From: the human T2T-CHM13v2.0 reference genome, Homo sapiens
NCBI GenBank assembly: GCA_009914755.4
Contig: CP068257.2
Location: 36,096,001-36,160,000 of the forward strand
Length of the DNA stretch: 64,000 nucleotides
Reading direction: 5' to 3'
Positions 30,730-43,879 of this stretch are shown one piece after another; the stretch's first letter is position 1; every line of letters starts with the position of its first letter. The position numbers and the translations under genes were made by a program. The notes beneath the pieces are model-generated. The model worked only from the letters and a program-made list of their open reading frames with translations. It had not been told where the DNA came from and made no database searches.

Positions 30730-31075
30730 ATGTTTGTCTTCTCCACAACTCATGTGAAATTTAATTGCCACTGTGATGGTACTAAGAGGTGGAACATTTA
30801 AGAGGTGATTAGGCCACGAGGGCTCCCCCCTCACGGATGGATTAATGCTGCTATTGAGAGAGTGGGCTCCTCGTAAGAGAATGAGTTTGGCCCCTCTCTT
30901 ACTTTCTTCCCTCTCACCCTCTCTTACCCTTCCACCTTCTGTCATGAAATGATGCAGCAAGAAGGCCCTCTCCAGATGCTAGCCCCTCCATCTTAGACTT
31001 GCAGCCTCCAGAACTGTGAGAAATAAATTTCTGTTCATTATAAATTACCCAATATGCGGTATTCTGTTACAGAAG
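30730..31075 (+). mobile_element. ERVL-MaLR LTR fragment (THE1/MST-like)
   Basis: ...tgaaatttaattgccactgtgatggtactaagaggtggaacatttaagaggtgattaggccacgagggctcccccctcacggatggattaatgctgctattgagagagtgggctcctcgtaagagaatgagtttggcccctctcttactttcttccctc...ccatcttagacttgcagcctccagaactgtgagaaataaatttctgttcattataaattacccaatatgcggtattctgttacagaagc has the THE1/MST 3' end motif structure. Confidence 0.75.
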
Positions 31076-31368
31076 CTAAAAAAAAAAAGACTATGACAGT
31101 ACTAGACAGAGATACAAACACCTACTTTCCATGGGGAAACCACTTACACCATTAAAAAAACCCCTCAGCGATTACTTTTTAATATGGTCAATAATACTTC
31201 TACACACTTTGCCTCCATTATCATACCTCCTATTTATAATCCCACGAAGATTTTTGTGGGGAGTGAAATGTTATATTCATGAAAATGCTTTGAACTTTTT
31301 GGAGAAAAATTCACTCTTCCCCAAATCAGTAAGGGAGCCACACTACTCTATCAATAATGGATAGTATA

Positions 31369-31644
31369 TCGCAAGGACAAAAAACCAAACACCGCATGTT
31401 CTCACTCATAGGTGGGAATTGAACAATGAGAACACATGGACACAGGAAGAGGAACATCACACACCGGGGACTGTTGTGGGGTGGGGGGAGGGGGGAGGGA
31501 TAGCATTAGGAGATATACCTAATGCTAAATGACGAGTTAATGGGTGCAGCACACCAACATGGCACATGCATACATATGTAACAAACCTGCACATTGTGCA
31601 CATGTACCCTAAAACTTAAAGTATAATAATAATAAAATAAAAAA
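31369..31644 (+). mobile_element. L1PA (young primate L1) extreme 3' end, ~276 bp, with A-tail and 13-bp TSD aatggatagtata (31356-31368 and 31645-31657)
   Basis: tcgcaaggacaaaaaaccaaacaccgcatgttctcactcataggtgggaattgaacaatgagaacacatggacacaggaagaggaacatcacacaccggggactgttgtggggtggggggaggggggagggatagcattaggagatatacctaatgctaaatgacgagttaatgggtgcagcacaccaacatggcacatgcatacatatgtaacaaacctgcacattgtgcacatgtaccctaaaacttaaagtataataataataaaataaaaaaa. Confidence 0.9.
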
Positions 31645-32289
31645 AATGGATAGTATAGGTGTCTATTTTTCCAGATGAGATAAGCTGAGAGGTGACTGGG
31701 AAGGAATGCACATGATTTGGAATGCCCTGGAAACAGAAAGAATGAGAGGTCCAGACAGAGAAAAGCTCAGGTTAGGAACGGGTCTCCTCTGGGATTTCCA
31801 ACCCACCAAGCCATGTCCTCTTGGGAGGAGGAGAAAAGGGCAACAAAACTGGCAGAATCCTTATTCCACAGCCTGTCCCCAAACACCATCTTTCACTGAT
31901 GGTAATAATTCAAGTAAGAGAAGTGGAGATTAAGTAGTTGCTGAACTAAGGATCAGAGAGCAATAACTGAAGCTTGGCAGGCCTGGTAATTTATCTCCTA
32001 TGCAATGTTTTTCAGATGTTCCTGAGATATTCAAGTCTAGAGACCAGGCTTATTTGGAGTATGTGTCATAGGGAAGGCAACAGTGGGGGGTGTGTAAGGA
32101 TTTCACTGAGTTGCAGGAATCACAAATTAGGATGGAGGTTATTTTCAAACCTCTTTATATGGCATATAGTAGGCAGAATAATGGCCCCAACGAGGCCCAC
32201 ATCCTGATCCCGGGAACTGTGGATATGCATGTTACATGTCAAGGAGAAATTATACTTGCAGATGGAATGGAGGTTGTCAGTCAGCTGGA

Positions 32290-32995
32290 AGATTATCCTA
32301 GGTCCTGAAAAGTGGAAGAGGGAGACAGCAGAAGAGAGGGAACCAGGGAGATAGTAGCATAAGAAGGACTTAGCCCAACGTTGCTGGTTTTTTTTTTTTT
32401 TTTTTTTTTTTGACAGACAGGGTCTTGCTGTGGCCCAGGCTAGAGTTTGGTGGTGCAATTAGGGCTCACGGCAGCCCCTTGACCTCCCAGGCTCAAGTGA
32501 TACTCCTGCCTCAGCCTTCTGAGTAGCTGGGACCACAGGTGTGCACCACCATAGTCAGCTAGTTTTGTTATGTATTATTTATTTATTTATTTCTATATTT
32601 ATTGCAGAGATGAGGTATTACTCTGTTGCCCAGGCTGGTCTCAGACTCCTCAGTGCAAGTGAATCCTCCTCCCTTGGCCTCCCCAAATGCTGGGATTACA
32701 GAGGTGAGACATCATGCCTGGCCATGGTTGCTGGTTTTGAAGATGTGGGAAGGGGACCATGAGCCAAGGAGTGCAGGTGGCCTGTAGAATCTGGGAAAGG
32801 AAAGGAAGTGGATTCCCCCAGAGCTTCCAGAAAGGAACATAGCCCTGATGACACCTTGGCTTTAGCCCAGTGAGACTCCTGTTGGACTTCTGACCTCTAG
32901 GATCTTAAGTCAATGCATTTGTGATATTAGTCCAATCAATTTTCAGTAATTTGTTACGGCAGCAAAGGTAAACAAAACAGGAGTAGGCAGATTCC
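32290..32995 (+). mobile_element. Ancient LTR-like (MaLR-type) repeat, split by an Alu insertion at 32392-32726
   Basis: The two halves (...gaaggacttagcccaacgttgctggtttt | gaagatgtgggaaggggaccatgagccaaggagtgcaggtggcctgtagaatctgggaaaggaaaggaagtggattccc...gttggacttctgacctctaggatc...gtaatttgttacggcagcaaaggtaaacaaaacag) are contiguous once the Alu and its 12-bp TSD are removed. They resemble the copy at 34880-35235. Confidence 0.55.
32392..32726 (-). mobile_element. Alu SINE, minus orientation, with 12-bp TSD gttgctggtttt (32380-32391 and 32727-32738); the middle A-rich linker is expanded into a (TTTA)n microsatellite
   Basis: A T(28) run is followed by gacagacagggtcttgctgtggcccaggctagagtttggtggtgcaattagggctcacggcagcc...gtattatttatttatttatttctatatttattgcagagatgaggtattactctgttgcccaggctggtctcagactcc...gctgggattacagaggtgagacatcatgcctggcc. 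Confidence 0.9.
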
Positions 32996-32999
32996 CGTT

Positions 33000-33185
33000 C
33001 AATTCAATTTATACACACTGAACACCTGCTATGTGCCAGATCCTGTGCTAAGAGCTGGGTACAGGGGTGAATAAAGATGCAGCCCCTGCCCTCAAGTCTC
33101 ACAGCCTTGAAGAAAACACAGGAGCACACACGTCCCACTAGGGCAGCGGAGGCAATTCCAGGATCACGGTGTGTTCGCTGGGGCA
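33000..33185. mobile_element. Probable MIR-like SINE fragment
   Basis: acacactgaacacctgctatgtgccagatcctgtgctaagagctggg...ctgccctcaagtctcacagcc resembles the MIR 5' region (cacctactatgtgccaggcactgtgctaag...). Confidence 0.4.
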
Positions 33186-33520
33186 GCCGTGACAAAGTAC
33201 CACCAACTGGTGGCTTAAATAACAAACTTTTGTTTCTCACAGTTCTGAAGGCTGGGAAACCCAAGCTCAAGGTGCCGGCCGGTTCTGTTCCTAATGAGGG
33301 CTCTCTTCCTGGCTTGCAGGAGGCCACCTATTCACGCCCACATGGCAGACAGCAAACTCTATCTGTGATCTCTCTTATAAGGGTGCTGACTCCATCCTGA
33401 GGGCCCTACCCTTAGGATCCAATTACCTCTCAAAGTCCCCAACTCCCAAATGCCATCACATGGTGGATTAGGATGTCAACATATGAATTTATGGGGAACA
33501 TAACTCAGTCCATAGCAGAT
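33186..33520 (+). mobile_element. MLT1-type (ERVL-MaLR) LTR fragment
   Basis: gtgacaaagtaccaccaactggtggcttaaataacaaacttttgtttctcacagttctgaaggctgggaaacccaagctcaaggtgccggccgg...tctcttataagggtgctgactccatcctgagggccctacccttaggatccaattacctctcaaagtccc...gattaggatgtcaacatatgaatttatggggaacataactcagtccatagca matches the MLT1 consensus landmarks (tgtgacaaattaccacaaacttagtggcttaaaacaac...tctcacagttctggaggtcagaagtc...gattagggcgtggacatctttggggg). Confidence 0.75.
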
Positions 33521-34879
33521 GGGAATGGGGAGATGGTGGACTAACTGTCTTGGGTGAGGTGGGAGCGGGTTAAGGAAAGCAGGAGTGGCAGTCCTTAGGT
33601 AGCAAATCAAAGGCCCAGGGATAATCCAGATCTGGGGAACAGAGTAACAAATCATGAGGTTGCAAGAGAGCCCACTTCCTTCATTCTTCCAGCTGTCTGG
33701 TGATCTGGGGTTGCTTTGGGCCTATCTCTGAGGCAGAGGGGAAGGGAGGTGAGGGTGTTTACTGAGTGTGCTCTGTATACAATTCAGTCTTCTCCAAAAG
33801 GCTGTGAACAAATGTCGTTTTTATCACCATTGTTAAGATAGGGGAGAGGAGTTTCTGGAAAGTTCCATAACTTGCCTAGGGTGTTTGACCTCTAAAGCTG
33901 GTATTCTCCATGATACTCACTTGACTCTGAGTAATTCCCCTCTGATTAAACAGTGGAAAAGAAAAAGACAACATGACGTCTCCTGCGACCTTAAACCCAG
34001 CACTGAGACAGTGCCTGGCACATAACAAGAGCTAAAGAAATTTTTCTTGAATAAATGAATAGGTAATTTCAGATCCTTTAAGACTGACCATTTGGAATGG
34101 GAGTCTATAACTTCTACATACTCTGTAAATTGTCCTTTATCCACTCTGACTGCTCAGTGGATTTTTTCTTTTGAGCTCTAGCATTCCATCCAAATAAATC
34201 CCAAGCAAAAGTTTTAAGTGCTCCAGCTACTAGAATTGATGGCAAAGCCTTATATTCGCCGATATTTTTGCTGACTTTTGGAGCCTTGTTCATAAGGTGC
34301 AAGATCAGTGGAACACTTGAATGTGTGTGCAGAGCACTGTGTGAGCCCTGCTGGAAGCTTCCAGAAGTACAGGATGTGGTCCCAGGCCCACACATGCATG
34401 AAGAGAGGAAGGGGAATGGAGGCAGAGGAAAAGACGCCCTGCCAGGGTTCAGCAGACACAAAGACACAAGTGTAGGAAGGATGACTGAGAAATGATCTGT
34501 TTTTTCCCACCCCAAAAGGGGCAGTTGTTTTCTTTGCCCCCTTTGGAGAGGGCCAGAAGGGGATTTGTGTCTTGCCAGAAGGGATTTATGCCTTGCCTTA
34601 GAGGAGGTTCTTTAAAGGTCTTTGGTTTCCCAAAGCCTTGGCTGTGGTAGGCAAAGCACTGGATTGCTCCAAAGGGATGAAGCTTTGGGATTTTTATTAG
34701 GAAAAGCTGGCAAAGGCCTTACTAGGGAAAGGGAGGGGCCCCTAAGACCTGCAGAAGTGAGCTGGGTTTTCTGATATACAGAATCTGTGAATATGTTCCA
34801 CTATACAAAGAAAAATCGAGGTTGCAGTTGGAGTTAAGGTTGCTAATCAGCTGACCTTCAACTGGGGAGATTATCCTGG

Positions 34880-35235
34880 ATTATCCGGGAAGCCCAGTGT
34901 CATCACAAGAGTCCTTTTAAGTGGGAGAGGGAGGCAGGAGAGGGAGAACGAGAGAGATGGCAATGTGAGAAGGACTCAGCCCATGGTGCTGGCTTTGAGG
35001 GGGGAGGAGGGGGCCATGAGACAAGGATTGTGGGCGGCCTCTGGAAGATGGAAAGGCAAGGAAACAGATTCTCCCCTGGAAGGTGCAGCAGTAATGCAGT
35101 CCTGCTGAAAACAATTTTAACCCAGTGAGACCTGAGTTAGACTTCTAACCCGCAGACTTGCCAGATACATTTGTGTTGTTTAAGCCTCCAAGTTTATCGT
35201 AGTTTGTTCCAGCTGCATAAGGAAACTAACACAGG
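34880..35235 (+). mobile_element. Ancient LTR-like (MaLR-type) repeat, same family as 32290-32995
   Basis: gagaaggactcagcccatggtgctggctttgaggggggaggagggggccatgagacaaggattgtgggcggcctctggaagatggaaaggcaaggaaacagattctcccc...gacttctaacccgcagacttgccagatacatttgtgttgtttaagcctccaagtttatcgtagtttgttccagctgcataaggaaactaatacag. Confidence 0.55.
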
Positions 35236-37384
35236 GTAATATGGGGGTGCCTGGAGACTGAGTCACAGGGCTGAGACCTTGGAGACCCAGTGATGGTCTC
35301 ATGGCTTTCCTGGATATAGAGGAAATGTACCCACAGGCTTGTGACTTGTAATGTGTTGTGCAGACTTAGTCAGAAGCAAGACCAGAAACCCCTCCACACG
35401 TTTTATGGACAGTGTAAGTTTCTAGGGCCATTTATACAACCCCAGGTACGGGTGGTGTCCCTCAATAATGGTGGATACGTGAACACTTCCAACCCTGGAC
35501 AGCAGGTGCTCAGAGCCAGTTTAATTGGATCTAGGAAAATTAAGGGTTGTGATGTATCTTGCACCTGAGGGTGGTGAGCAGATTCACAGCTGCTCTGCTC
35601 ATCAAGATTTTTCTAAAAGAATATGTTAATTGCCGCAGAACTGCACTTGTCAGAGCAAGCTCATAAAAGAGATGAGTTTTCAGTTGTGTTTGGAACAGGG
35701 TAGGAGTGGGTGGGTGAGGACTGGGATCCATGGTTCGTGGATGGGAGGAGAGAAGAGTTCAGAAATGGATGTTAGGAATCCATCTCTAGAAGTCTTAACA
35801 GTGTTTTCCATTGACTCAGAGCTTGGTTTTGTGGTAGTGGGAATGTGGCAATATGAAGGATTCTGGTGATAGGAAGTGGAAGACTTCATAAGCAAAAGCC
35901 CCAGTCTTAGTGGAACGCTTCAAAGCCACAGGTTCTTCCAGTAACTGCCTGGGTCTTCCGCTTCTCCCCTTGGCTCTAAATTCCCAACAGGCTTTGTGGA
36001 GGTTTGACAGCTGCTCCAGGAGCTTGCAATTTACTTTTTGTTCACTTTATGCAAATTCATACTTGGCTTTGTAGCACAAAGGACAAACCTAGTGGGGTCT
36101 GAGTTGCCCTACGGAGGTTTTATCCCCACAAAAGTCGGGAGCCCAGGAAGCTGCAATGACAAGGGAAGAGTCCAGGAACAAAACCGTGGGAGAGACCTAC
36201 ATATGAGGCATTCCAGAGTGGTCTTTGCACTGTGCTGTCTTAATAGGTATAGAGCTATCAACCTGGAGTAGGCAGTAGATATTTAACGCTCACATTTCAT
36301 CTAGATGTATATGTGTATGCATGTGTGTATGTATCTGTGTACAATGTGCATATTTATATATAATAAACACACCTATGCATGCACACTTTTTGATGGGAGA
36401 CACTAATTTTAGGCAGTATAGGTCAATTTCTAACTTCTGAGCTGGGGCATGGGGTCATTTTCAGGTGACAGGTGGGGTAACAGCCACAGGTATGCAAAAT
36501 TCCTTCTAGCTGGTCTCGAGGGCATCTTTGCTCAGAGGGGGCAGAAGGAAGTAGCATTGGCATCACTTCGAGGAAGCCGGGTGTTTGCCCGTAGCACAGC
36601 CTGAAGCAACTGTGCTTGGGACATAGGTGAGTAGAGAATAAAGTATGCGTGGGCAAGGCCAGGCAAGCACCAGCACAGCCTGAAGACACACCCTCCGCTC
36701 GTGGACAGAATGGGGCACCATGCAGGGAGCCCCATAGGGACTGCTCAATGAATCCACCTGGACTGGATTTGTCACTAGATGGTGTGAGATGCAACTTGTA
36801 TTGCACCCATACCTGGAGCCCGGCTGTCATTCTCTGCCATGGAGACAAAGTGCCTATGTTGTGGCTGTCCCAGACCCTTTCCAAGAGGATTTAGACTGCA
36901 GTGTAAAGGGGGCTTCATGTTGAGGCACATTATCCATTTGTGGTTAAAAATTTTAGCAAGGAGCTAGGAAAGTTATGTTTGGGGTCATGATCCAAAGGAA
37001 CTTCTACCCTATTAGCTTAAGGATTGAATCTAAAAGATATTGGAGGTTGAAAAACGGTCTCAGGAAAGTCCTCTAACTTAACACAGGGACATAATCTATT
37101 GAGGCTGAATGGAAAGAAGGACAAGGTGTTGCTTTTGGAGCCAAAGTGCCAGGGTTCAAGACATTCGTCAAAGGGCAGTAATCATACCTATGCAGCCTGC
37201 CTTGCACCGTCGCCAAGAAAGCTCCAAGCCAGTGCAAACCAACTATCTGCAAAACATCTAATGAGAGGTCAGAGCTGGGCTAAAAAGTCACAGACCTGAA
37301 CCTTTATCTGCAGGATAAAACATTTGGATTAAAGGCATTTAAAAAAAAATGCTTGCTGCTTTTTTGGTAGCAGAGCATAAAGCC

Positions 37385-38190
37385 ACATCAAAAGAAGACA
37401 TTTATGCAGCCAACAAACATATGAAAAAAAGCTCATCATCACTGGTCATTAGAGAAATGCAAATCAAAACCACAATGAGATATCATCTTACACCAGTTAG
37501 AATGGCAATCATTAAAAAGTCAGGAAACAACGGATGCTGGAGAGGATGTGGAGAAACAGGAACGCTTTTACACTGTTGGTGGCAGTGTAAATTAGTTCAG
37601 CCATTGTGGAAGACAGTGTGGCGATTCCTCAAAGATCTAGAACTAGAAATACCATTTGACCCAGCAATCCTATTACTGGGTATATACCCAAAGGATTATA
37701 AATCATTCTACTATAAAGACACATGCACACACATATTTATTGCAGCACTATTCACAACAGCAAAGACTTGGAACCAACCTAAACGCCCATCAATGATAGA
37801 CCGGATAAAGAAAATGTGGCAGATATACACCATGGAATACTATGCAGCCATAAAAAGGATAAGTTCATGTCCTTTGCAGGGACATGGATGAAGTTGGAAA
37901 CCACCATCCTCAGCAAACTAACACAGGAACAGAAAACCAAACACCACATGTTCTCTCTCATAAGTGGGAGTTGAACAATGAGAACACATGGGGACACAGG
38001 GAGGGGAACATCACACTCCAGGGCCTGTCTAGGGTGGGGAGCTAGGGGAGGGAGAGCATTAGGAGAAATACCTAATGTAGATGACGGGTTGATGGGTGCA
38101 GCAAACCACCATGGCACATGTATACCTATGTAACAAACCTGCATGTTCTGCGCAGGTATCCCACAACTTAAAGTATAATAATAAAAAATG
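37385..38190 (+). mobile_element. L1PA 5'-truncated copy: ORF2 C-terminus (180-aa ORF 37349..37891) plus 3' UTR
   Basis: The translation [157 protein letters not shown] is the L1 ORF2 C-terminus. It is followed by the canonical 3' UTR ...gagcattaggagaaatacctaatgtagatgacgggttgatgggtgcagcaaaccaccatggcacatgtatacctatgtaacaaacctgcatgttctgcgcaggtatcccacaacttaaagtataataataaaaaat. Confidence 0.9.
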
Positions 38191-41100
38191 CAATATTATT
38201 ATTAGAAGCTAAAACTTGGTAAGAATGGGAGCCTACCTGAAATTGCTATCTGGTTACACACTCAAAAAACCTTTGTTATATGTTAAGGTAAACAAAATTT
38301 ACTACACAAACTACAAGGCCTCTGAAATGAGAGAATCTCAAATGTATTTGAGTTCCATGATGTCTTTTTGAATAAACCACTAAACAATGAAGTAGGGAAT
38401 ATTTTTGAGGGTGCTGAAGGAATGGACTGATTTTTATTTTTTTGCTTAAGCAGGGCCAAGAGAAAGCAAGAGAGGGCCACACACACAGAGAGAGAAATGC
38501 AGTAGCCTTTGCCCCTAATCTCATGAGAATCTGCTAATTTTCCAATCTCTCACTGGAATATTTTATGCCTAAAATAATTCACGATGTGGCTGTAGCATGC
38601 ACTGCCCTGGACTGCTGAGCATTTTAGTAGCAAAACATGGAGAGTGTTACCTGCTGACCTGCTAAGGAGCATGGGCTCATTCCCATCCCTCTGTGTGCTA
38701 ACACTGGGACCAGGGAGAGCAAACGGGAGGTGGGACGCTTATTGTTATCAGTATTATGTGCCTATTTTCACACTCATACGTAAGAGCACCCTGGGAATGA
38801 AGTGCAAGGTTCAACATTCCTGTGTTTAGAGGAATGTACTTGCTGAGGCATGAGAAGTATGAGCAGACTGCGAGGCTGTAAGAAACTCAGTTGTCCCGGG
38901 ATGCTCCAACTCTGAGGGTGAGTTCCCCCTCTAAATGTGATGTTTATGGTATCACAGGAGGGTCCTGACCAAAAGTGATCCGGGCACTTTGTACTTAGTT
39001 TCTATGTATGATTGTGCCAGCTTTCACAACATTCCCACACTCTTACCAGAAGGGAGAATGATGAACTCATCACAAACCAATGTAGTGTAAGCTCCTTCAC
39101 CCTATCTCGGGGTCTTTGAAGATAGAAGCTGTGCTTTCTTGATCTGTGTGTCCTCAGGCCCTAGTACGATGCCTGACATATGATAATTCCTCAATGCATT
39201 CTTGATAAGTGATTGTTTGAATGAATGAATGAAAGAGAAGGAAGACATTTCCACTGGATTAATGAAACGCTAAGTTGGAAGAGTGCATTAGGAACAGTTA
39301 AAGAATGGGCAGTGATGGAAAGCTATCTACAATGTACAGAATCTTGTTACTGTGCAGATTTGAGTCAGCCTTTGATGACTACTGATAGCTATGTCACCTA
39401 AAGAAGAGCCTTCAGGAATCTTGGATCTGTCGTTCACCCAGTGGGAGGTGGAGAAGCACTGTAGGTCAAGGCGGGCTGCTCTGTGTCCTCATGAGACCTT
39501 GGGCACCAGGGCCAGCCATGCTTTGGAGGGGTTTTCCAGGATCAGTTGCCTTGATTCAGCCCCAGTGGCCCTGCTACACTGATCACAGCTGGTTGGACCA
39601 GAGGTGGACACCTGACCAAAAAGGTAGCTGCAACAGGCTGACCAGCATCCTAGGAGGTGGTCTGACATGAAGCTCTGCCCAGTAGATTTCTATACACATG
39701 GCGGCTGGATCACCCAGTCAAACCTTCTCTCCCAGGAAGTCTGAATATGAGCTAAATAGAGAAGCCAACAGCAGCAAAAGCCGAGAGGAATACAGAGGGA
39801 AGGCATTAAGCAGAAGCTTTTAAGGAGAGGGAAAGAGAGGAGAAACAATGCAGGCAGAAAGAGGAATAGAGAGGGAGGTGCTGGGTCCCACACATGGCAG
39901 ACACGCTGCCACAGGGTCACCATAATGTGACCGTGCTCATAAATCCTGGGGACAAATGAGGCTTCAGTTCCCAGGAATCCTGGCTAGGCGGCCCCAGACA
40001 CATTCAAACAAATCTCATGACCCAAGGCAGCCCCTAGTTCTTCCTGCAACCCTGAGGAGCCTCATTCCCAAATTTCACTTCTTGGGTCCCAGAGCCAGGC
40101 TGGTGTGGATGACACAGAAGGAAGACCTGTGACTGTAGGATGCTGTGTGCTGTGGGAAACCAAGGGGTTCTGTAAACTGTAGGCTCTGCCCCTGCCCTGG
40201 AAGGGATTCATACTGGAGTTAGAAAAGCCAGAAAAATCCACACACAGGTGTCCAAGGTGTTATATATTAAGTAGCCAAAGTGAGAGAAAAGACAAGGGCT
40301 GCCAAGAGTAAGAAGTGAAGAGGGCAAGGTGGGCTGGGCAGGGAACACAGGGAAGGCCTCGGAGCTGGGGACTGAGTGCTGAGGGTGGGCGAGACGGCCG
40401 CATGGAAAGGTGCTTGCAGACATGTGCACAGGGTGGCAAATGCCTGCAGCGTGTGCAGCTGGGCTGAGAAAGGCAGCTCTGGTCTCTGCAAATCTGCAGG
40501 GGTTTCTGGATGCCTAGAGTGACCAGAAGCACGGATTGAACCTGTCAAACAACCCGAGTGAGTGGACAGGGCCCAGATGGTATTTCCTGACTTGGGGGCC
40601 AGCTGTGATCCTGAACGTCCCCTAGTGCCCTGGGATCAGCACATTTGAAGGCATGTCTGCGTTTCTTCCTGGGAAACACAGATCTCTGATGAAGATAGGC
40701 TATGATGTGAGAAACTTCAACCAGGCGTAAATTGCAAAGGGCAGCAGAGTGTTCTGTTCGCACATCAAGAACGTATCCCAGCCTTAGAAACAAAATAGAA
40801 ACGGAGAGCTGAATCTAGAGAGCCGGACAGCAGGCTGCCTGGCAACCACCAAGGAACACGACGCTCTTAGCCTGGTTCTGCTCCTACTGTGCAAAGGGCA
40901 GTCTGGAGATAGCAGGTCAACATCCACTTGGAATCGAAAAGGTTAAAAAAGCATGCATTTGGATGGCTCTCTGTTCTCTTTTTCTTTTCATATTTGTTAG
41001 TGCCTGTTACCTGCAGATCGAGGGAACGCTGTCACTAATGTTATGTTTTATAGGCGAGCCTTTGCTGAGTAAGAGACTACACTCAAAAGAATCACCAGGA

Positions 41101-43879
41101 CCCTCCCGATTTTCAAGGCAGGGGGCAGGTCCCAGTCCCTACACTCCTTGGTCTCTGAGACATCGGACACTATGCCTTTCATTCCCATGGGATGCTCTCA
41201 TTTTCCTTGGCTAGGTCTATTACATTGAGAACAAGGCTGGGCCCTTGAGCATGTGCTGCCTGACTCTTTAGAGCACGGGGTGCCTTCCTTGTGGGGTCTG
41301 AAATCAAAGACAACATGCCTGCAGATAGTTTTCTTGAATTTTTGAAGACATCTGGGGCCTGGGCCACACATAAGATACTGCAACCAGCTAATAATTAAAC
41401 CTGGATGCCACCTGCCAGCTCATTCTCCAGGTTTGGCAAATGAAACACACATTACTAGAGGAAGGACATCTTTAGGGGAAGGAAGGCCCATCTTTAGGGG
41501 AAGCTGCATCCCTGGTATCTTTAGAACAATGAGGCTTCCCCAGAAAGGAGGGCTTCTGAGACCTCAAGGAGACAAAGTACTGTGAATCTCAAGTGCCGCT
41601 TGCTTGAGCAAAATGCAACCGACTTTCTAAGAAACCATGAGATTTCTGAATAAGGAGAAAGGGCTTTTATCAGGGTTTTTCTAGCTCCATAGTTTGTTAG
41701 CAGAACACAGAGTTGGATATGATAGCTTGAAGCCTGTGGTATGAACTGATGTGTCTTTCTAGGGTTTGACACTTAGTAGACACCCCACAAATGTCACTTG
41801 GTTACAGAAATAAGTGAAGGTTTAAAATGAAAGAAGAAACGTACTGTGTCTTTATTTCCTGTGGCTCTAGCTGATCCGGGACAATGGACTGAATGCCATC
41901 ATGAGCCTCAATGGACTTACCTGTAAGAAGGGTCACGTGAGATTCCAACGCTAATGAGCGTGAAAGGTTTTTGCAAACAGGAACTGCAGCACAAAGGAGA
42001 GGTAATATGTTGCTGTTGGGTGAGGTGTCCTGGCTGGGTTTGCTTTAGTCCTCACTTTCGGTACATTTCCTGCCTAAGATATTTGTGATGGTGGAAGAAA
42101 GGCCTGGATTTCTTCCTTTAAGATTAGGAGTGGCTAGTTTCCCTTTTGGGGGCTGTTCCTAGGACTTGAGGCACCGTCTCAGAGCTGAGGAGTAAGCAAG
42201 GCTAAGCCGCAGTGCAGCTGGACAGAAAGCCGGAGAGGTATTGCTGGGCTTCTGGAAGTCCCTGAAGGGTGGAGCTTCTCAATAGGTAGCAAAATGACAA
42301 ACTCTAGACAACTCCAGGATGTGTTCAATGATAAAACACAGGCTCTGGAAGCTGGCCTGAGAAAGAAGTCTTAATTCCTTAAGGACCCGAGCGAGACCCA
42401 GTTCTAAATCTTAGAAAAGAAGTTTGCAAGTGTCTTAGTGGATGCAGAGTCAAGATAAACAGAATTTTCTAGCACCGTGGAAGGAACAGAAATTACAATA
42501 AAGAAGAAATAGAATCAAAAGGAACTTGGCTGACTTTTATAGCTTCTGGTTGTCTATTTCTGGGACATCTATGTTCAGTGGCAAAATGAAAAAAGAAAAA
42601 AAAAGAAAAAAACAACTACACAAACACACATGCAAAAGCTCTCAAAGAAGGCAAGAAAAAGCTATGCCCCTGGGATAGAAGGCTCTTTCCTGAGACTTTC
42701 TTTGTTATCCTAAGTCCTGCAAATCTTCAAATGTTACCTGAGAGTGTTTCATCTGGAATTCAAAGTCAAAACCAAAACAAAACTAAAACCCAAAAAGAAA
42801 GGCAGGAGAGAACAGCTAGTCTTGAAAATAGGCAGACTAGTTGAGGGAAACAAATCTGTGTGTGCTTTGCCATGAGGGGCAACTGAAGGAAGAGAGGAGC
42901 CTGGATTATCCATGATTTAAGTATTTGTAATTGAGGGAACAGAAAAGGTGTCCTCTCTCTGTGTTTAGCCAGCAAGGGAGCATGGCTGAGTTGCCTTGAG
43001 CTCCTGACCCTATCATGAGAAGCCATGAAGGGGTGAGGTGGGTGCTACCATGGGCCAGCCTCCGGGTGAGAAGGATGGATACGAGGGTGCGGTACAGGCA
43101 GCAGGAGCTGTGCCAAGCAGAGTGGAGGCTGCCCCTTTCCCCAAGCACATCTCACACTGCACCTTGGCCTTTGGTGGAGCCACTGACTTCTGGAGAGCCC
43201 CATGCTGTGTGAGTGCTAAATGCGGAATGCAGGCACTTTGTGAAGTCTTTATTCGGTGGCTCGAAATGCTCAGAGCTTGAGAAGAAAAATCAACACCAAA
43301 TGGGTTAGCTTCCTCTAGATGCTTTTGGATGAAAGCTCTTCCAGGTTCTGTGGATGGATGGACGCTGACACAGCACCCTCGTTTGTAAAGCAGGGCTGGT
43401 GGCATCCACTTGGAGGCTGGCACAAGGGTTGTGTGGGATTTCCCTGCCCGCCAAGCTCCTAGCCCTTGATTCAGTGTCTGTGGCTCCTTTAGGACCTGTG
43501 CTGGACCTTCATTAAAAACCAACAAAAGTAGGAAAACTGATGCAAATAAAAGAAATAATACCACAGATGACCATTCATTCCATGTCAGAAACAAATGCCT
43601 GGATATTCCTTTATGATAAACCTGGAGAGCAGGAACCACCCATTGAAGACAGTGTGGGCCACAGACCCCACGGTCAGAGAATGGGTGGTGGGAGCAGGGC
43701 TGGCGTGGGGGCCCGGGAGAAGGCAGGGGACGTGCGTGGAAACAGAGGCGCAGTCTGGGTGAGGGGTCCAACCCTTAGGCAGCACTGACATCTCCCCGCT
43801 ATGCTGGTCTCCACCCTGGCCCCAGCATTCACACTGCATTCCTGCTTTGCAACTGTGAACCCTGTGAAGCACCGAGTGG

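Noticed and set aside
43013-43771. 252-aa minus-strand ORF (MDPSPRLRLCFHARPLPSPGPP...), the longest non-repeat ORF in the track
   Set aside because: It has no recognisable domain or motif and starts and ends in unremarkable intronic sequence. There are no splice-site-bounded coding features and the composition is that of moderately GC-rich noncoding DNA. It is antisense-overlapped by other chance ORFs, so I treat it as a chance ORF.
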